Of a DNA stretch of 64,000 bases, positions 18,428-29,290 are shown piece after piece. The notes under the pieces were generated by a model, which ran no database searches, was not told where the DNA came from, and was given only the letters and a program-made list of their open reading frames with translations. This stretch comes from Halobacteriota archaeon (GTDB taxonomy: Archaea > Halobacteriota > Syntropharchaeia > DAOWMC01): assembly GCA_034189535.1 (NCBI GenBank), contig JAXHUQ010000001.1, positions 67-64,066 of the forward strand. The letters run 5' to 3'. The translations under genes and the position numbers were made by a program. The number at the start of each line of letters is the position of its first letter. Position 1 is the stretch's first letter.

Positions 18428-19609
18428 AGACTTCTGAGAAGACCCGGGATTAGGCAGTTCTATGGTGCCGTACTTACCGCCACCACCCGGACGTACTATC
18501 ACCTTGTCATCTCTGAACGCCTGTATTGATTCGGCTATCCTCTTATCAACAACCATATCATTTGTGGGGATATCCACAAGGACGGTAGCCTCATTCCCAT
18601 ACTCGCTCACAAGAGAATTCCAATTCTTCTTTACTGTCTCCGAATTAGGCTTTAGACCGAGTGCCATCGCGATTATCTCTGCAAGCGGTATGAGGTGAAG
18701 ATACGGCGGTCTTTCATCAGGATGCTGTGTCTTGCACCCCACTGCAAGTTCATCAACTCTGTCACGAACACCTCTCACAATCTTTCCGCCGCAAGAACAT
18801 TTAAAACCACATTCCAACGAGTCTTTCAAAGGTTGATGTTTATAACATTTACTACAAGCTGTCTCGTTGTATTTACCTTCTTGCGGGGGCATTCCAACGT
18901 TGAGAGTAAGCCTCCTTCCACCTTCATTTTTGATGGCTTTTTCGACCTCTTCAAAACTGAGATGGCCTAACTTCATACGATTCAGCTCTCTTGCAAGCCG
19001 AATTGGCCATGGAGAATGTGCATCGGAGTTTGATAAAAAAGCTTTGCTTCTAAGCTCACTTATTCTGTCGGCATAATCGGAATCCGCACTCAAACCTAGC
19101 TCAATAAAAGATATGTAATCTCTCAAGTCTTTATAGCATTCATTGAGGGAATCATGATGTGCATAAAGTGAGGTCCATGGTGTGAAGGCATGAGCAGGAC
19201 CTATCAGTGCTGAGACATCTCTTGCATACTCGGCAACCTCCTCCCCATCAAGATCAATCCTTGGTCTACCGTCCGTATCGATGTTATGTGAGTACCTTAA
19301 AAATAGCTCATAAAGCTCTTCTCCTTTAGATATTGAAGGAATTATGAGCAAGTGGTGAACTCTATTTATATCTTCAACTTCTGTGGTCAGAATGAATTTT
19401 ATATCGTCCTGGGTAAAGATTCCATCTGATTCTTCCAGACGCTTTATCTCAGATAGCCATTTTGGGTGAAGGCAGTCACCGGTTCCGAGAAGCTCGACAC
19501 CTTTCTTCCGTGATCCCTCTGCAAGTGTCTGCAAGTCCATTCTTGAAGAAGTGGCAGCAGAATACTTGGAATGAATATGCAGATCCGCGGCTACTTCAAT
19601 AATGTCCAC
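18413..19609 (-). CDS. endoQ: Endonuclease Q-like protein (PHP domain plus C-terminal zinc ribbon), acting on deaminated-base DNA
   Basis: N-terminal PHP 'ADLHIHSKYSAATS', C-terminal 'CSKCYK...CGFKCSCGG' Zn finger, about 400 aa as in EndoQ. Confidence 0.55.
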   Translation of the reverse strand: MDIIEVAADLHIHSKYSAATSSRMDLQTLAEGSRKKGVELLGTGDCLHPKWLSEIKRLEESDGIFTQDDIKFILTTEVEDINRVHHLLIIPSISKGEELYELFLRYSHNIDTDGRPRIDLDGEEVAEYARDVSALIGPAHAFTPWTSLYAHHDSLNECYKDLRDYISFIELGLSADSDYADRISELRSKAFLSNSDAHSPWPIRLARELNRMKLGHLSFEEVEKAIKNEGGRRLTLNVGMPPQEGKYNETACSKCYKHQPLKDSLECGFKCSCGGKIVRGVRDRVDELAVGCKTQHPDERPPYLHLIPLAEIIAMALGLKPNSETVKKNWNSLVSEYGNEATVLVDIPTNDMVVDKRIAESIQAFRDDKVIVRPGGGGKYGTIELPNPGSSQKSLFDF

Positions 19610-19620
19610 AAATAACCATC

Positions 19621-20385
19621 TTATCTTATATATCCGAGATCCTCTTTACCCATGAGATCTTTCGGTGCCTGCATCATCTCCATCTCACGTATCTTTGCGA
19701 CGATCTTCTCCATATCTTTTGCCCTTTCTTCAAGTGCTTGCATATCGATCTCGATATCAAGTGCCCTTGATATAACACTCAAAACCGCCTGAGCGCTCTT
19801 AGGATCAACAAGATATCCGGAAGTTACACCCATGAGGCAGGCGGCCTCAATGTTACGTCTCTTGGCCATTCCAAGGAGAAGGCCGGATACGCCTACTATT
19901 CCACCTCCAGGCTCGTCCTCTCTGAATTCGACCCCATAACTCTTGATCTCCTTAATGAGATTGATATCGTTAACAGCTCCTAGTACGACCTGATCGTCAA
20001 CCAGCTGCCCAATACCGTACCCTCCCAGTGTGTAGATTCGCTTGACTTTGTACTTCTCGGCTACCTCGAGGAATGCATCTGTGAGTATATAGTGTCCAAC
20101 ATTTGTGGCACTCTGATAATCACCAACAAGCAGAAGCAAATCTACATTTTTTGAGCTCCATGCATAGATCTCGTTCTTGACGAGTCGCACCGATCCGTCT
20201 GCCATGACTAGAACCTGAGGAGGGAAATGTGTAGAATAGACATCTACCACCTTAACAGCATCTAACTCTTCAATCATATGCTCTGCAACAAGCTTGCCGA
20301 CATGACCGACACCTGGAAGACCCTCAATCATTATCGGTTTCTTCAACGACAAATTATTTACCGTAACAACTTCAACGTCTTTCAT
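19621..20385 (-). CDS. PAC2-family proteasome assembly chaperone (PbaA/B-like)
   Basis: 'IEGLPGVGHVGKLVAEHMIEEL' PAC2 signature. Confidence 0.7.
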   Translation of the reverse strand: MKDVEVVTVNNLSLKKPIMIEGLPGVGHVGKLVAEHMIEELDAVKVVDVYSTHFPPQVLVMADGSVRLVKNEIYAWSSKNVDLLLLVGDYQSATNVGHYILTDAFLEVAEKYKVKRIYTLGGYGIGQLVDDQVVLGAVNDINLIKEIKSYGVEFREDEPGGGIVGVSGLLLGMAKRRNIEAACLMGVTSGYLVDPKSAQAVLSVISRALDIEIDMQALEERAKDMEKIVAKIREMEMMQAPKDLMGKEDLGYIR

Positions 20386-20548
20386 AATGTATCAACTCCT
20401 TCTTCATCCTTCTTCTGTATTCCCCATACTTGTCTTCTATTGAGAACCGTGGTGGGCTTGGGTTACTCAAATATCCGCAACATTTCGGGCATACATCTTT
20501 AAGCGTGTAAAGGTTGCAGATGTCACATCTTTTAAGTCTGGATCTCAT
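20372..20548 (-). CDS. nop10: H/ACA RNP protein Nop10 (58 aa; absent from the ORF track)
   Basis: Hand translation gives 'MRSRLKRCDICNLYTLKDVCPKCCGYLSNPSPPRFSIEDKYGEYRRRMKKELIHYERR'. ATGA overlap with the eif2a stop; 3' end overlaps the PAC2 start. Confidence 0.7.
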   Translation of the reverse strand: MRSRLKRCDICNLYTLKDVCPKCCGYLSNPSPPRFSIEDKYGEYRRRMKKELIHYERR

Positions 20549-21339
20549 CTTTTCTGAATATTGTGCCTGTGGAACTCCCCACTACCGCCATATTTTTTTA
20601 TGACTTTGACTGCAGATTCCCCTGCTGCACGAAGAGCGTTCTCGGCACTCTTGTAATCCGGCGCTATAACATGGATCCTATATGTTGGGGCGCCTACATA
20701 ACTTGCCTCAAGATTTATATCTTCATCTTTCTTTCTAATTGCGGCCTTCAATGCCTTTTTTATGCAGCCAATACCGTCCGCCTCAGGACATGTTAGGTCC
20801 ACATAACCAGTTATTTCGACCTGAGGCATCTTTATATTTTCTACCGCAACCTCATAGATCTTAATCGCAATCTCTTCTTCCATCCCGCTATCTATGAGCA
20901 CCTCATAACCGTTGATCGCGGCGTCTTCAAATGCAGGATAGACGCTACCATAGACCTCATACATCTGCTCATAAAGTTTATTTAGCTTCGTAGAGTCAAC
21001 TTTTGTTGAGGCTGTGACAAAACCCATCCATTTCTTGGCTTTCGCCTCATTCTTCCAATCCTGGATTTTATCTCTTCTTTGATGCTCATTTACATCTTTT
21101 AAGGATAGGTCGATGTGAGCTTTCACAGGATCGACATTGAATACCTTACAGACTATCTTCTGGCCCTCACGTATGTGATTTCTGATATATTTAACCCACC
21201 CGGATGCAACTTCGGAGATATGAATGAAACCTTCCTTATCCCCATACTCATCCAGTGAAACAAAGGCACCAAAGTCCAAAACTTTCTTGACAGAGCAGAC
21301 AACCAGCTCCCCCACTTCAGGCCATCTCTTATCCTGCAT
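20545..21339 (-). CDS. eif2a: Translation initiation factor 2 alpha subunit
   Basis: N-terminal S1 domain 'PEVGELVVCSVKKVLDFGAFVSL' and the conserved L44e-S27e-eIF2alpha-Nop10 context. Confidence 0.85.
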   Translation of the reverse strand: MQDKRWPEVGELVVCSVKKVLDFGAFVSLDEYGDKEGFIHISEVASGWVKYIRNHIREGQKIVCKVFNVDPVKAHIDLSLKDVNEHQRRDKIQDWKNEAKAKKWMGFVTASTKVDSTKLNKLYEQMYEVYGSVYPAFEDAAINGYEVLIDSGMEEEIAIKIYEVAVENIKMPQVEITGYVDLTCPEADGIGCIKKALKAAIRKKDEDINLEASYVGAPTYRIHVIAPDYKSAENALRAAGESAVKVIKKYGGSGEFHRHNIQKR

Positions 21340-21347
21340 CCTTCACT

Positions 21348-21542
21348 CTACCCCATTACATCAAGTATCTGGGTTTTAATATTTGTCTTACCGCCAGTTG
21401 GTTCCGCAAGTGTACGTCCGCAAACAAGACACTCGATGAGCGTACTGGCATTACCGAATATAACCTGCTCGTTACCACAGTCGTTACACTTCACTTTAAG
21501 AAATTTACTTCTCGGAACCATCCCTTCGCTTGAACCTGTCAT
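21348..21542 (-). CDS. rps27e: Ribosomal protein S27e
   Basis: '[19 protein letters not shown]...CLVCG' C4 zinc ribbon; start trimmed to the internal Met to remove overlap with L44e. Confidence 0.8.
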   Translation of the reverse strand: MTGSSEGMVPRSKFLKVKCNDCGNEQVIFGNASTLIECLVCGRTLAEPTGGKTNIKTQILDVMG

Positions 21543-21543
21543 C

Positions 21544-21822
21544 TTAATCCACCAACTCAAACTTGGATACTCTAAAACCTTTTCTCAGATGTGCCTTTTT
21601 ACATTCACCACATCTGTATACAACGTTCACCTTCTTTGTGGGTTTATCCCCACCGGGAACTTTCGAGAACTTTCCCGAGTTTCCTATACCTGTCTGCCTA
21701 TGTTTCTGTCTTGTTATACGGGTCATCGATGATGCTCTTCCTTTCTTCACCTTTTCAACACTGTGAACCGTATGCTTTTTGCAGAAAGGGCAATGTGTCC
21801 GAATATTCTTTGGCATCTTCAT
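21544..21822 (-). CDS. rpl44e: Ribosomal protein L44e
   Basis: '[13 protein letters not shown]...[10 protein letters not shown]' L44e zinc-binding pattern. Confidence 0.8.
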   Translation of the reverse strand: MKMPKNIRTHCPFCKKHTVHSVEKVKKGRASSMTRITRQKHRQTGIGNSGKFSKVPGGDKPTKKVNVVYRCGECKKAHLRKGFRVSKFELVD

Positions 21823-21893
21823 TTACTTCAACCTTCATTAAAAATCAAAAAATAAAAGAGATGCAGATAAAAAACCTGCATCTTGAAAGATTC

Positions 21894-22406
21894 TTATGGA
21901 AGAATTACAGATGCGGTACCTACAATTACCGTCTTCTGTATTCTGTACTTATTATCTCCTTCTGTGATGTACTCGTCGCCTTCCTTGAAGTAACCTTTCT
22001 CTTCCTTCTCAGGAGTAACAAGGGTCTTTGACTCTTGCCATACATCAAGGTCCACAATCTTCTTCCCGTCTTCTTCGTACTTCTTTGTTATTTTTCCTTT
22101 ACTGATCAACATGTCATCCGGTCGCCCCATACTTCTCATCTGGACATCGATCATCTTGACCATTCCATCCGGTCCTGCCCAGTCTGCAAGCATATGGTTT
22201 ACATGAGCCATGTTAAAAAGACCATGAGATATTACATCTCCGAGGCCTGCCTTCTCTGCTACCGCAGGGGTTGTATGAATCGGGTTCACATCTCCGGAGG
22301 CTTTGGCATACTTTTTCAGTTGATCCCTTGTGGTAGGACCTTTCTCAAGACTTATCTCATCACCAACATTTATCGCATCAAAATTGCCTATTTCCATCAA
22401 AGTCAC
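21894..22406 (-). CDS. MaoC-like (R)-specific enoyl-CoA hydratase/dehydratase, hot-dog fold
   Basis: 'GDVNPIHTTPAVAEKAGLGDVISHG' MaoC motif. Confidence 0.65.
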   Translation of the reverse strand: MTLMEIGNFDAINVGDEISLEKGPTTRDQLKKYAKASGDVNPIHTTPAVAEKAGLGDVISHGLFNMAHVNHMLADWAGPDGMVKMIDVQMRSMGRPDDMLISKGKITKKYEEDGKKIVDLDVWQESKTLVTPEKEEKGYFKEGDEYITEGDNKYRIQKTVIVGTASVILP

Positions 22407-22410
22407 CTCC

Positions 22411-22872
22411 TTAGAAACCGCCTGGTCTTATTCCTGCTGTAAACTCTGCAACCGTGGCCTTCTCTCCATCCTGGTTCACGAACGTGGACCTGAGAATGAT
22501 CCAAAGCATCTTGTTCTTCTCATAGACATCAACTATCTCGGAATCTGACTGAAGAACATCTCCCGGTCTGACAGGTGCATAGTATTCGTACTTCTGTCCG
22601 GTGTGTAGTAACTTGCTGAAGTTCTTAATAAGTCCTTGAACTGTTGCAAGACTTGTAAGCCCGGATATTGCATAGGCAGCTGCAAACTCTGGTGGGGCTA
22701 CAGGGCCACCCTCTACATTCTCATCCACATATCTCGGATCCATGTGATTTACAGCTTCACAGTATGCTGTAATCTTCTTCTGCATAACCTTGTACCGTCC
22801 ACCTTTCACATGCATCCCAATAAATTCCTTATACTTCTCTCTCGATTTTTCAACTTCCTCGTCCTCTCCCAT
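22411..22872 (-). CDS. MaoC N-terminal-type hot-dog domain protein, partner of the previous gene
   Basis: Hot-dog-like; 5 nt from the preceding MaoC gene, so probably a split two-subunit dehydratase. Confidence 0.5.
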   Translation of the reverse strand: MGEDEEVEKSREKYKEFIGMHVKGGRYKVMQKKITAYCEAVNHMDPRYVDENVEGGPVAPPEFAAAYAISGLTSLATVQGLIKNFSKLLHTGQKYEYYAPVRPGDVLQSDSEIVDVYEKNKMLWIILRSTFVNQDGEKATVAEFTAGIRPGGF

Positions 22873-22948
22873 ATAAAGTCAACTCCTTACAGTATCTGTG
22901 TATAATACAAAGTTCTACATTAAAACCATTTCGGATATGACTCACCCG

Positions 22949-23656
22949 TCATCTATCCCGATTAATCTTCCACTCGGTTCTGGATAAAATTCCACGGAGT
23001 GTGTTTACTTCTCTTCCTGTAAGTTCAGCCCTACCCAGTATCCTCCTAATCATGAGCAGAGTCTTATTTTTTTTATGCCGAGGGTAGTTGATCTCACTAA
23101 GCAGATGTTCACAGTGGTCATACAAGCGTTCTATATTCTCTTTCTTAACGAGAGGTATACTACCACTGCCGGCAACTATATCACTCAATTCATAAAGGAT
23201 AACAGAGACAGCATGTGAAAGGTTCATCACAGGGTAATTAGAGTCGGTGGGTATGTAAACCACCATGTCACACCTCTTGATCAGATCGTTGACAAGGCCA
23301 ATATCCTCCCTACCAAATAGTATGGCTACTCTTCCCTCTCTTTCATTCAACTTATCTTTTAACTCTTTTGGGGAAAAATAGGGCAATCGCATATGTTCGC
23401 CTGTGTTTGTTCCGATCTTGGATGTTGTTCCAATCACAAGGGCGGAATCACAGACCGCTTCTCTTATGGTGTTTACCCTTCTTGCACCTTCCAGGACATC
23501 AACGGCATGCGACGCCATAGCATACGCTTCACTCTCCAGCTCGCATGGGCTAACAAGGACAAGGTCCTGAAAGCCGAAGTTCTTCATCGCTCTTGCAACC
23601 GAACCAATATTTCCACAGTATATCGGCTCTACGAGAACGACCCTGAGATCGATCAT
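22949..23656 (-). CDS. SpoU/TrmH-family RNA 2'-O-methyltransferase (SPOUT)
   Basis: '[23 protein letters not shown]' SPOUT N-terminal motif; overlaps the tfb 3' end by 4 nt. Confidence 0.65.
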   Translation of the reverse strand: MIDLRVVLVEPIYCGNIGSVARAMKNFGFQDLVLVSPCELESEAYAMASHAVDVLEGARRVNTIREAVCDSALVIGTTSKIGTNTGEHMRLPYFSPKELKDKLNEREGRVAILFGREDIGLVNDLIKRCDMVVYIPTDSNYPVMNLSHAVSVILYELSDIVAGSGSIPLVKKENIERLYDHCEHLLSEINYPRHKKNKTLLMIRRILGRAELTGREVNTLRGILSRTEWKINRDR

Positions 23657-24615
23657 AAAACAATTTCTAGGCCAAGCTCCTCTGCCAGTTCCTTATACCT
23701 GTTTCGTATAGTTACTTCAGTAACTCCGGCTACGTCAGCAACCTCTCTTTGGGTCCTATGTTCACCGTACAGTATCGACGCAATGTAAATGGCTGCTGCA
23801 GCCACACCTGTCGGACCTCTACCACTCGTGAGTTCCTTCTCAGATGCCTGTCTAAGAATTTCGACAGCCTTCCCCTGAACCTCTCCCCCAAGTTCCAGTC
23901 CTGAACAGAACCTGGGCACGTAATCGATTGGTGAGGTTGGCATAAGCTTCAGTTTCATCTCCCTACTCATGAACCTGAATGTTCTTCCTATCTCCTTTCT
24001 ACTTACCCTTGAGACTCCGGCTATCTCATCAAGCGTCCTTGGTACGTTACACTGACGACACGATGCATAAAGTGCGCCAGCTGCCACACCCTCGATGCTC
24101 CTGCCTCTGATCAGGTTCTTGTTCACAGCCGTTCTATACACAACAGCTGCGTTCTCCCTCACATTCCTTGAGAGTCCAAGTGCTGATGACATCCTATCAA
24201 GCTCTGATAATGCAAAAGCAAGATTCCTCTCGGTTGCATTATTGACACGGATACGGCGCTGCCATTTTCTCAATCTATACAGCTGTGCCCTGTTCTCCGA
24301 TGATATCAACTTCCCATAAGAATCTCTATTTCTCCAATCGATCATGGTGCTTAGACCTTTGTCATGAATTGTGTAAGTCATAGGGGCTCCTACCCTTGAC
24401 CTCTTCATCCTCTGATCATGATCAAAAGCCCGCCACTCCGGGCCCATATCGATTAAATCCTCGTCTATGACGAGCCCACACCCGTCGCAGACGAGTTCTG
24501 CCCTCTCGTAGTCGTGGATGAGGTTCCGACTACCACATTCAGGACATTCAACTGTTCGCTCTTCATACCCACCTGTTTTCTCTTTAGTGGGTGCTTTCTT
24601 TTCAACTTGTTCCAC
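23653..24615 (-). CDS. tfb: Transcription initiation factor IIB
   Basis: N-terminal Zn ribbon '[24 protein letters not shown]' and two cyclin-fold repeats. Confidence 0.9.
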   Translation of the reverse strand: MEQVEKKAPTKEKTGGYEERTVECPECGSRNLIHDYERAELVCDGCGLVIDEDLIDMGPEWRAFDHDQRMKRSRVGAPMTYTIHDKGLSTMIDWRNRDSYGKLISSENRAQLYRLRKWQRRIRVNNATERNLAFALSELDRMSSALGLSRNVRENAAVVYRTAVNKNLIRGRSIEGVAAGALYASCRQCNVPRTLDEIAGVSRVSRKEIGRTFRFMSREMKLKLMPTSPIDYVPRFCSGLELGGEVQGKAVEILRQASEKELTSGRGPTGVAAAAIYIASILYGEHRTQREVADVAGVTEVTIRNRYKELAEELGLEIVL

Positions 24616-24630
24616 TTACGACCACCTTAT

Positions 24631-24909
24631 TTACGAAAGATAGACCCATTCATCCCGCAATTTTTGAATTTCACGCTCAGATAAGCCCGTAATCGGTTTG
24701 ATTGAGATATAAGGTTGCTTAACCGGGCCGAAGAGGTCATAAACACTACCGATCTCTTCCATCCTCTTTGTAACTACAGTAGATCCAATACTTACAGCTC
24801 GTATCGGATCCCCTCTATAATCTTCCTGTAATTTTCCCCTCAAGAGAATCTTGCCTTGGCCTGTTATATGAACGACTCTACCCAGCTTCTTCACTCTACT
24901 TAACCTCAA
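24631..24909 (-). CDS. gar1: H/ACA RNP protein Gar1
   Basis: Conserved position upstream of tfb; 'GRVVHITGQGKILLRG' Gar1-like barrel. Confidence 0.6.
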   Translation of the reverse strand: MRLSRVKKLGRVVHITGQGKILLRGKLQEDYRGDPIRAVSIGSTVVTKRMEEIGSVYDLFGPVKQPYISIKPITGLSEREIQKLRDEWVYLS

Positions 24910-25052
24910 GATTAATATAACGTCAAGGTTATACTATATAAAACTAACGCAAGCTTTATAAAGAGTTATGGCCATAGATATAAGACCGTCTATTTTATAC
25001 CAAAAGATAAGATGATAGAAAAAAACAGCAAGAAGCGGAGATAAATGACTGC

Positions 25053-26513
25053 TCAATAAAGTCTATTGATCCCTTGAATGAGCGCTTCGATCGATGCCAT
25101 AATTATGTCTATGTGTGCACCTCTAGCCGATATCACTTTGTCCCCCTTGCTCAGTCTCACGGAAACTTCAACGAGGGCGTCAGTACCTCCTTTTATGGCA
25201 TCGACATGATATTCTTCCAATTGGACCTCGGTGATATTTCGTGTCGCCTTCCTCAAAGCATTTATCGCCGCGTCAACAGGTCCCACCCCAGTTCCTGCCT
25301 CAATGACATCTCTCCCATCGATGTTAAGTTTGATCGAAGCCGTCGGCATAATCATCTTACCGGATACAACAGTAAGGTCGGATAGTTTGATCTTCGGCTC
25401 GTTTATCACTTCCAGAACTGTCTCTGCGATAGTTTGTAAGTCGGTATCAGTAATTCTGGTACCTTTGTCACCCATATCTTTAACACGATCTAAAATCAAA
25501 CCCATCTGCTCATCAGTTGCTTCAAGATTCATCTCCTTTAATGCCATCTTCACCGATGCCCCTCCGGTGTGTTTGCCGAAGATGAATCTTCTACGACGTC
25601 CAACCGTTTCAGGAGGCATTGGTTCGTATGTCGCCGTATCAGAACTGAGGCCATGTATGTGGATCCCCGACTCATGAGTAAATGCATTGTCGCCGACTAT
25701 CGATTTATTGGGGGCCACATCCATCTTTGTTAGCCTACTAACCAGTTTTGAGATATGGTAAAGATCCTCCTTGACTATCCCGGTATCAACATTGTAGAGG
25801 CTTTCGAGGATCATGACAACCTCTTCAAGACAAGTATTACCCGATCTCTCTCCGATACCATTCACGGTTACATGGACCTGAGAAGCGCCCGCATTGATGG
25901 CGGCAATGGAGTTTGCCGTAGCCAGTCCGAAATCATCATGGCAGTGCACGCTTGCGGGTACACCCAATTTGGAGAGCACACCAAATACCTCTGTTGCTCT
26001 TTCAGGTGTAAGAACGCCAACCGTATCACAGAAGCATATCCTCTCGGTACCTGCCTCGATTCCTTCGGAGTATAACTCAATCAAGAAGTTCAGATCAGCC
26101 CTGGAAGCATCTTCCCCGCTAAGTTCTACGATCAGTCCGTGATCTCTTGCGTACTCTAGGCCCTCAATAGCACCTCTTTTTACAGTCTCCCTATCTTTTT
26201 TTAGCTTCTTCTCAATGTGTAAGTCTGATGATGGAACTACGAGGTGAATGGAGTCTACATCGCAGTCGAGTGCAAGATCAATATCTTTGATCAAAGAGCG
26301 AGTGTATACGCAAATCTCTGCATCAAGCCCTTCACCAGATATAAGTTTTATACCTTCCCTCTCACCTTCGGATGTTGCAGGTGATCCGGCCTCGATTACT
26401 TTCACTCCAATTGCGTCAAGCTGCCTTGCGATCTGAAGTTTCTCTTCCGATGTCAACGAAACACCCGGTGACTGCTCACCATCCCTCAGTGTTGTGTCAA
26501 AAAAATTAACCAA
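25053..26513 (-). CDS. leuA: 2-isopropylmalate synthase / (R)-citramalate synthase family
   Basis: 'FDTTLRDGEQSPG' DRE-TIM motif, 'HCHDDFGLATAN', and a LeuA dimerisation C-term. Start probably TTG at 26513; the track ORF's N-terminal extension is unlikely. Confidence 0.75.
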   Translation of the reverse strand: MVNFFDTTLRDGEQSPGVSLTSEEKLQIARQLDAIGVKVIEAGSPATSEGEREGIKLISGEGLDAEICVYTRSLIKDIDLALDCDVDSIHLVVPSSDLHIEKKLKKDRETVKRGAIEGLEYARDHGLIVELSGEDASRADLNFLIELYSEGIEAGTERICFCDTVGVLTPERATEVFGVLSKLGVPASVHCHDDFGLATANSIAAINAGASQVHVTVNGIGERSGNTCLEEVVMILESLYNVDTGIVKEDLYHISKLVSRLTKMDVAPNKSIVGDNAFTHESGIHIHGLSSDTATYEPMPPETVGRRRRFIFGKHTGGASVKMALKEMNLEATDEQMGLILDRVKDMGDKGTRITDTDLQTIAETVLEVINEPKIKLSDLTVVSGKMIMPTASIKLNIDGRDVIEAGTGVGPVDAAINALRKATRNITEVQLEEYHVDAIKGGTDALVEVSVRLSKGDKVISARGAHIDIIMASIEALIQGINRLY

Positions 26514-26674
26514 AAGACCATACCTCGCGTTAGATAAACTCCATTTAACTAGGTGTAGTAATTTAAATATTTTGTGATTTAAAGAAGAGATAAATGCAGT
26601 ATTACTAATCGGCAAAATTAGTAAGAAGTAATAGGGTTTGTTGCCAATTCCTGATATGTCGATGGAGGGTAATT

Positions 26675-27109
26675 ATGTGCGATCTCACCGAATGTATAAT
26701 GGATATAGTAAAGGAATTTGAGGGGGACTCCCGGCTTAAAGAGGAATTCACACAAAAAATTGAGAAGTCTTCTAAGTATACAATCGGAACGACAAACCTA
26801 TACCCAGGGGAAGGGGAAGAGGTAGGTCTTTTTAATGATCTCGTCTCCCGTCTCGAGGATTACCTGAAGGATCGTCTCAATGAGTCAGGAGAAGTACAGA
26901 TACTTGAGATATCCTCCGGAGAAAATATAGACATAGGGATCAAACAGGCCGAGGTTCTTTGTGGCAGGCTCTTTGAGATATACTGCTACAAATGCTTTTC
27001 AATCACATTTCTTCGGGTGTGGTTGGAAGAAGGGATCTTCATTAAGAAGAGGTGGATAAGCGTGGACGTGGATGAACTCACAGGCACACCTTGGTTCAAT
27101 GAGGGATAA
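26675..27109 (+). CDS. Hypothetical protein
   Basis: 144-aa ORF with no recognisable motif. Confidence 0.3.
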   Translation: MCDLTECIMDIVKEFEGDSRLKEEFTQKIEKSSKYTIGTTNLYPGEGEEVGLFNDLVSRLEDYLKDRLNESGEVQILEISSGENIDIGIKQAEVLCGRLFEIYCYKCFSITFLRVWLEEGIFIKKRWISVDVDELTGTPWFNEG

Positions 27110-27119
27110 TAAAAGTTTT

Positions 27120-28019
27120 TTACCTTGAAGAGATGCAACGCTCAATACTGTCCCTTATTCCTGCATTTTTGGTAACTTGTGTGTAGACTGAGAGGTATCT
27201 GTTACTCTTCAAGTTTGCATCAAAACAGTTGAGGATTTTGCCTATTGCCATCTCATACCTCTCTTTGATCTCCCCTTCAAATTTTATGTGATTGTACTGC
27301 ACAAAACCGTCAAGATATACACTACAATCCCCAATGAGAACTGATATCTCGTCATTCATATCCTCTTCACTTCTGAAGACGTCTGATTTCTCGAAATCAA
27401 TGATGAACCACCTCCCTTCGCTATAAAGCAAGTGTTCTCCCTTCAGATCGTTATGCTTTACGCCTGATTCCCAAAGTGATGATAGTAGGTTGTTCAGGTT
27501 CTTCAACTTGAAACTCTCTTGTTCGCCGATGCAATACTTCCTCAGGGACTCTTCGATTCTTATGTGGTTGTCGATGAAACTCATCCAGAATATCCCTTTG
27601 ACATCGGAGAACTCTTCTTCCAGCTCCTCATCATACATATAATCGAAAGGTTTCGGTACATTCATAAACTTGTATAGGTCGGTAAGGACCGAAAACTCTT
27701 TTTCACCAAGTTTTCTGTCCATTATCTTCGCGATTATAAAATTACTCCCGTTTGGGATCTCATAAGTTATCCTGTACAGTTTGTGAGTTGCCCAAACTCC
27801 AAAGACCGGTGGATAGTATCCTTCAACAAGAATTGCCTTCTTCTCACCTTCATCAGGACGAATATTTGTTGAGTTGTTCAAGAGGTGATCCAGTTCCGTG
27901 AAGTTCAACAAGTTTATTGGAAGCGAAGCTTGCGGAAGCAACCTCTTCTGTTCGGGTGTCGGAAGGGTCTTGAAGTCATCTGATATTCCCAAATGCGAAT
28001 TTATCGCCACCCATGGCAT
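27120..28019 (-). CDS. Protein-kinase-like fold protein (Bud32/RIO/Kdo-kinase-like)
   Basis: Catalytic-loop-like 'HNDLKGEHLL' followed by 'IIDFEKS' (DFG-like). Confidence 0.4.
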   Translation of the reverse strand: MPWVAINSHLGISDDFKTLPTPEQKRLLPQASLPINLLNFTELDHLLNNSTNIRPDEGEKKAILVEGYYPPVFGVWATHKLYRITYEIPNGSNFIIAKIMDRKLGEKEFSVLTDLYKFMNVPKPFDYMYDEELEEEFSDVKGIFWMSFIDNHIRIEESLRKYCIGEQESFKLKNLNNLLSSLWESGVKHNDLKGEHLLYSEGRWFIIDFEKSDVFRSEEDMNDEISVLIGDCSVYLDGFVQYNHIKFEGEIKERYEMAIGKILNCFDANLKSNRYLSVYTQVTKNAGIRDSIERCISSR

Positions 28020-28088
28020 GACAGCTCACTCGATTGAAGACTCTACAACTCTTCTGATAAATAGATTGGTATAATGGAACCAAAGTTT

Positions 28089-28940
28089 TTAAATTCTGAG
28101 ACCGTCCAGGAGTGCAAGAAAGATTGCGGAAACGATGATGTCTGCCGTTGATCCGGGATTTATCCCTTCTTCTATCAGGCGATCATCAAACTCTCTTATT
28201 ACTTCCATATCAGGATCTTCCAACAGGGTTGAAGCCTCACGAGATACCGAAGCTGCCTTCTCTTCTCCAGCTTTGATTGCAATTAATGTGTCGGGTTCGG
28301 AAGCGAGGGCTTCAAGGAATGTTAGTACAATGGCATCATTGATCTTCATCTTCTCTGCCTTCTCCTTCAAGACGGATGCGTATTTGAATGACCTCTCAAA
28401 CCCCACTGTAAGTTCCCTTGCTATCTGATCATACGATGAGGATATCTCCATGAGATCAAAAAAAGTAACATCATCGCGCTTTATTTTTTCATGAATGCTT
28501 GGGTCATTCAGGTCAAGATCGTCCACCTCACCTACCTTCACTTCAGTAGTCTTAAAAGCCTCACAAAGGTAGATGGCATCTTTGTATGTCGTCTCCTTTA
28601 TGATCCTTACAGCCTCTATTCTCACATCATTTATCGTCTCACTGAAACCTGCTGCCATCAAGAGTGGCAAAAGTAAGAGAAAGGAACCGAAGTGAGTATT
28701 CCCCCCACTCTGCCATTTGCCACTCTCAATCGTAGCACTTTTTAGGAGTTTTCCAAGACCGCATCTCTTCTCTGTCGCCTTCAGTAGCACCGGATATACA
28801 GCTACTGCTGATGCAAGAAAATGTTCATACTTCGTATCGTCGTAGTCGTGATCCCTGTCAATATTCCCTGGTTTTGGTGTTGCTGAGACCTCAAGTAACA
28901 TGGCAAGCTCTGCGCACCTTGCTGCAAATTCTCGTTGCAT
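28089..28940 (-). CDS. Triphosphoribosyl-dephospho-CoA synthase (CitG/MdcB) family protein
   Basis: 'ATPKPGNIDRDHDYDD' CitG signature; start moved to the internal Met. Confidence 0.6.
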   Translation of the reverse strand: MQREFAARCAELAMLLEVSATPKPGNIDRDHDYDDTKYEHFLASAVAVYPVLLKATEKRCGLGKLLKSATIESGKWQSGGNTHFGSFLLLLPLLMAAGFSETINDVRIEAVRIIKETTYKDAIYLCEAFKTTEVKVGEVDDLDLNDPSIHEKIKRDDVTFFDLMEISSSYDQIARELTVGFERSFKYASVLKEKAEKMKINDAIVLTFLEALASEPDTLIAIKAGEEKAASVSREASTLLEDPDMEVIREFDDRLIEEGINPGSTADIIVSAIFLALLDGLRI

Positions 28941-29290
28941 AATCTTTCTAAGGGTAATCTGGCCAAATAGCAAAAAGGTTATCTTTGAAGGTATAGACAT
29001 TATCAACCAAGGCAATGACGTCGTTACTTCAGAAGCTAAGAGAAGAGGAGGATCAGAGGGCAAGACTCTTCCTTTTAGCATGGATCGCCTCCATATGCGG
29101 GACTGCATCGATTGTGATAGGCGGTATAGTCCTTATATACATCGCCCTTAAGAACTACGTGTCCTGAGATGCCTATTTTGACATCCAACTTTGTATAAAA
29201 AACATATTATTGTAGAGCATCCTTGCCCTACAATCGTTGATTATCTCTTATAACCAGATGTTACTATATTTAGCATAACATTGTATAACA

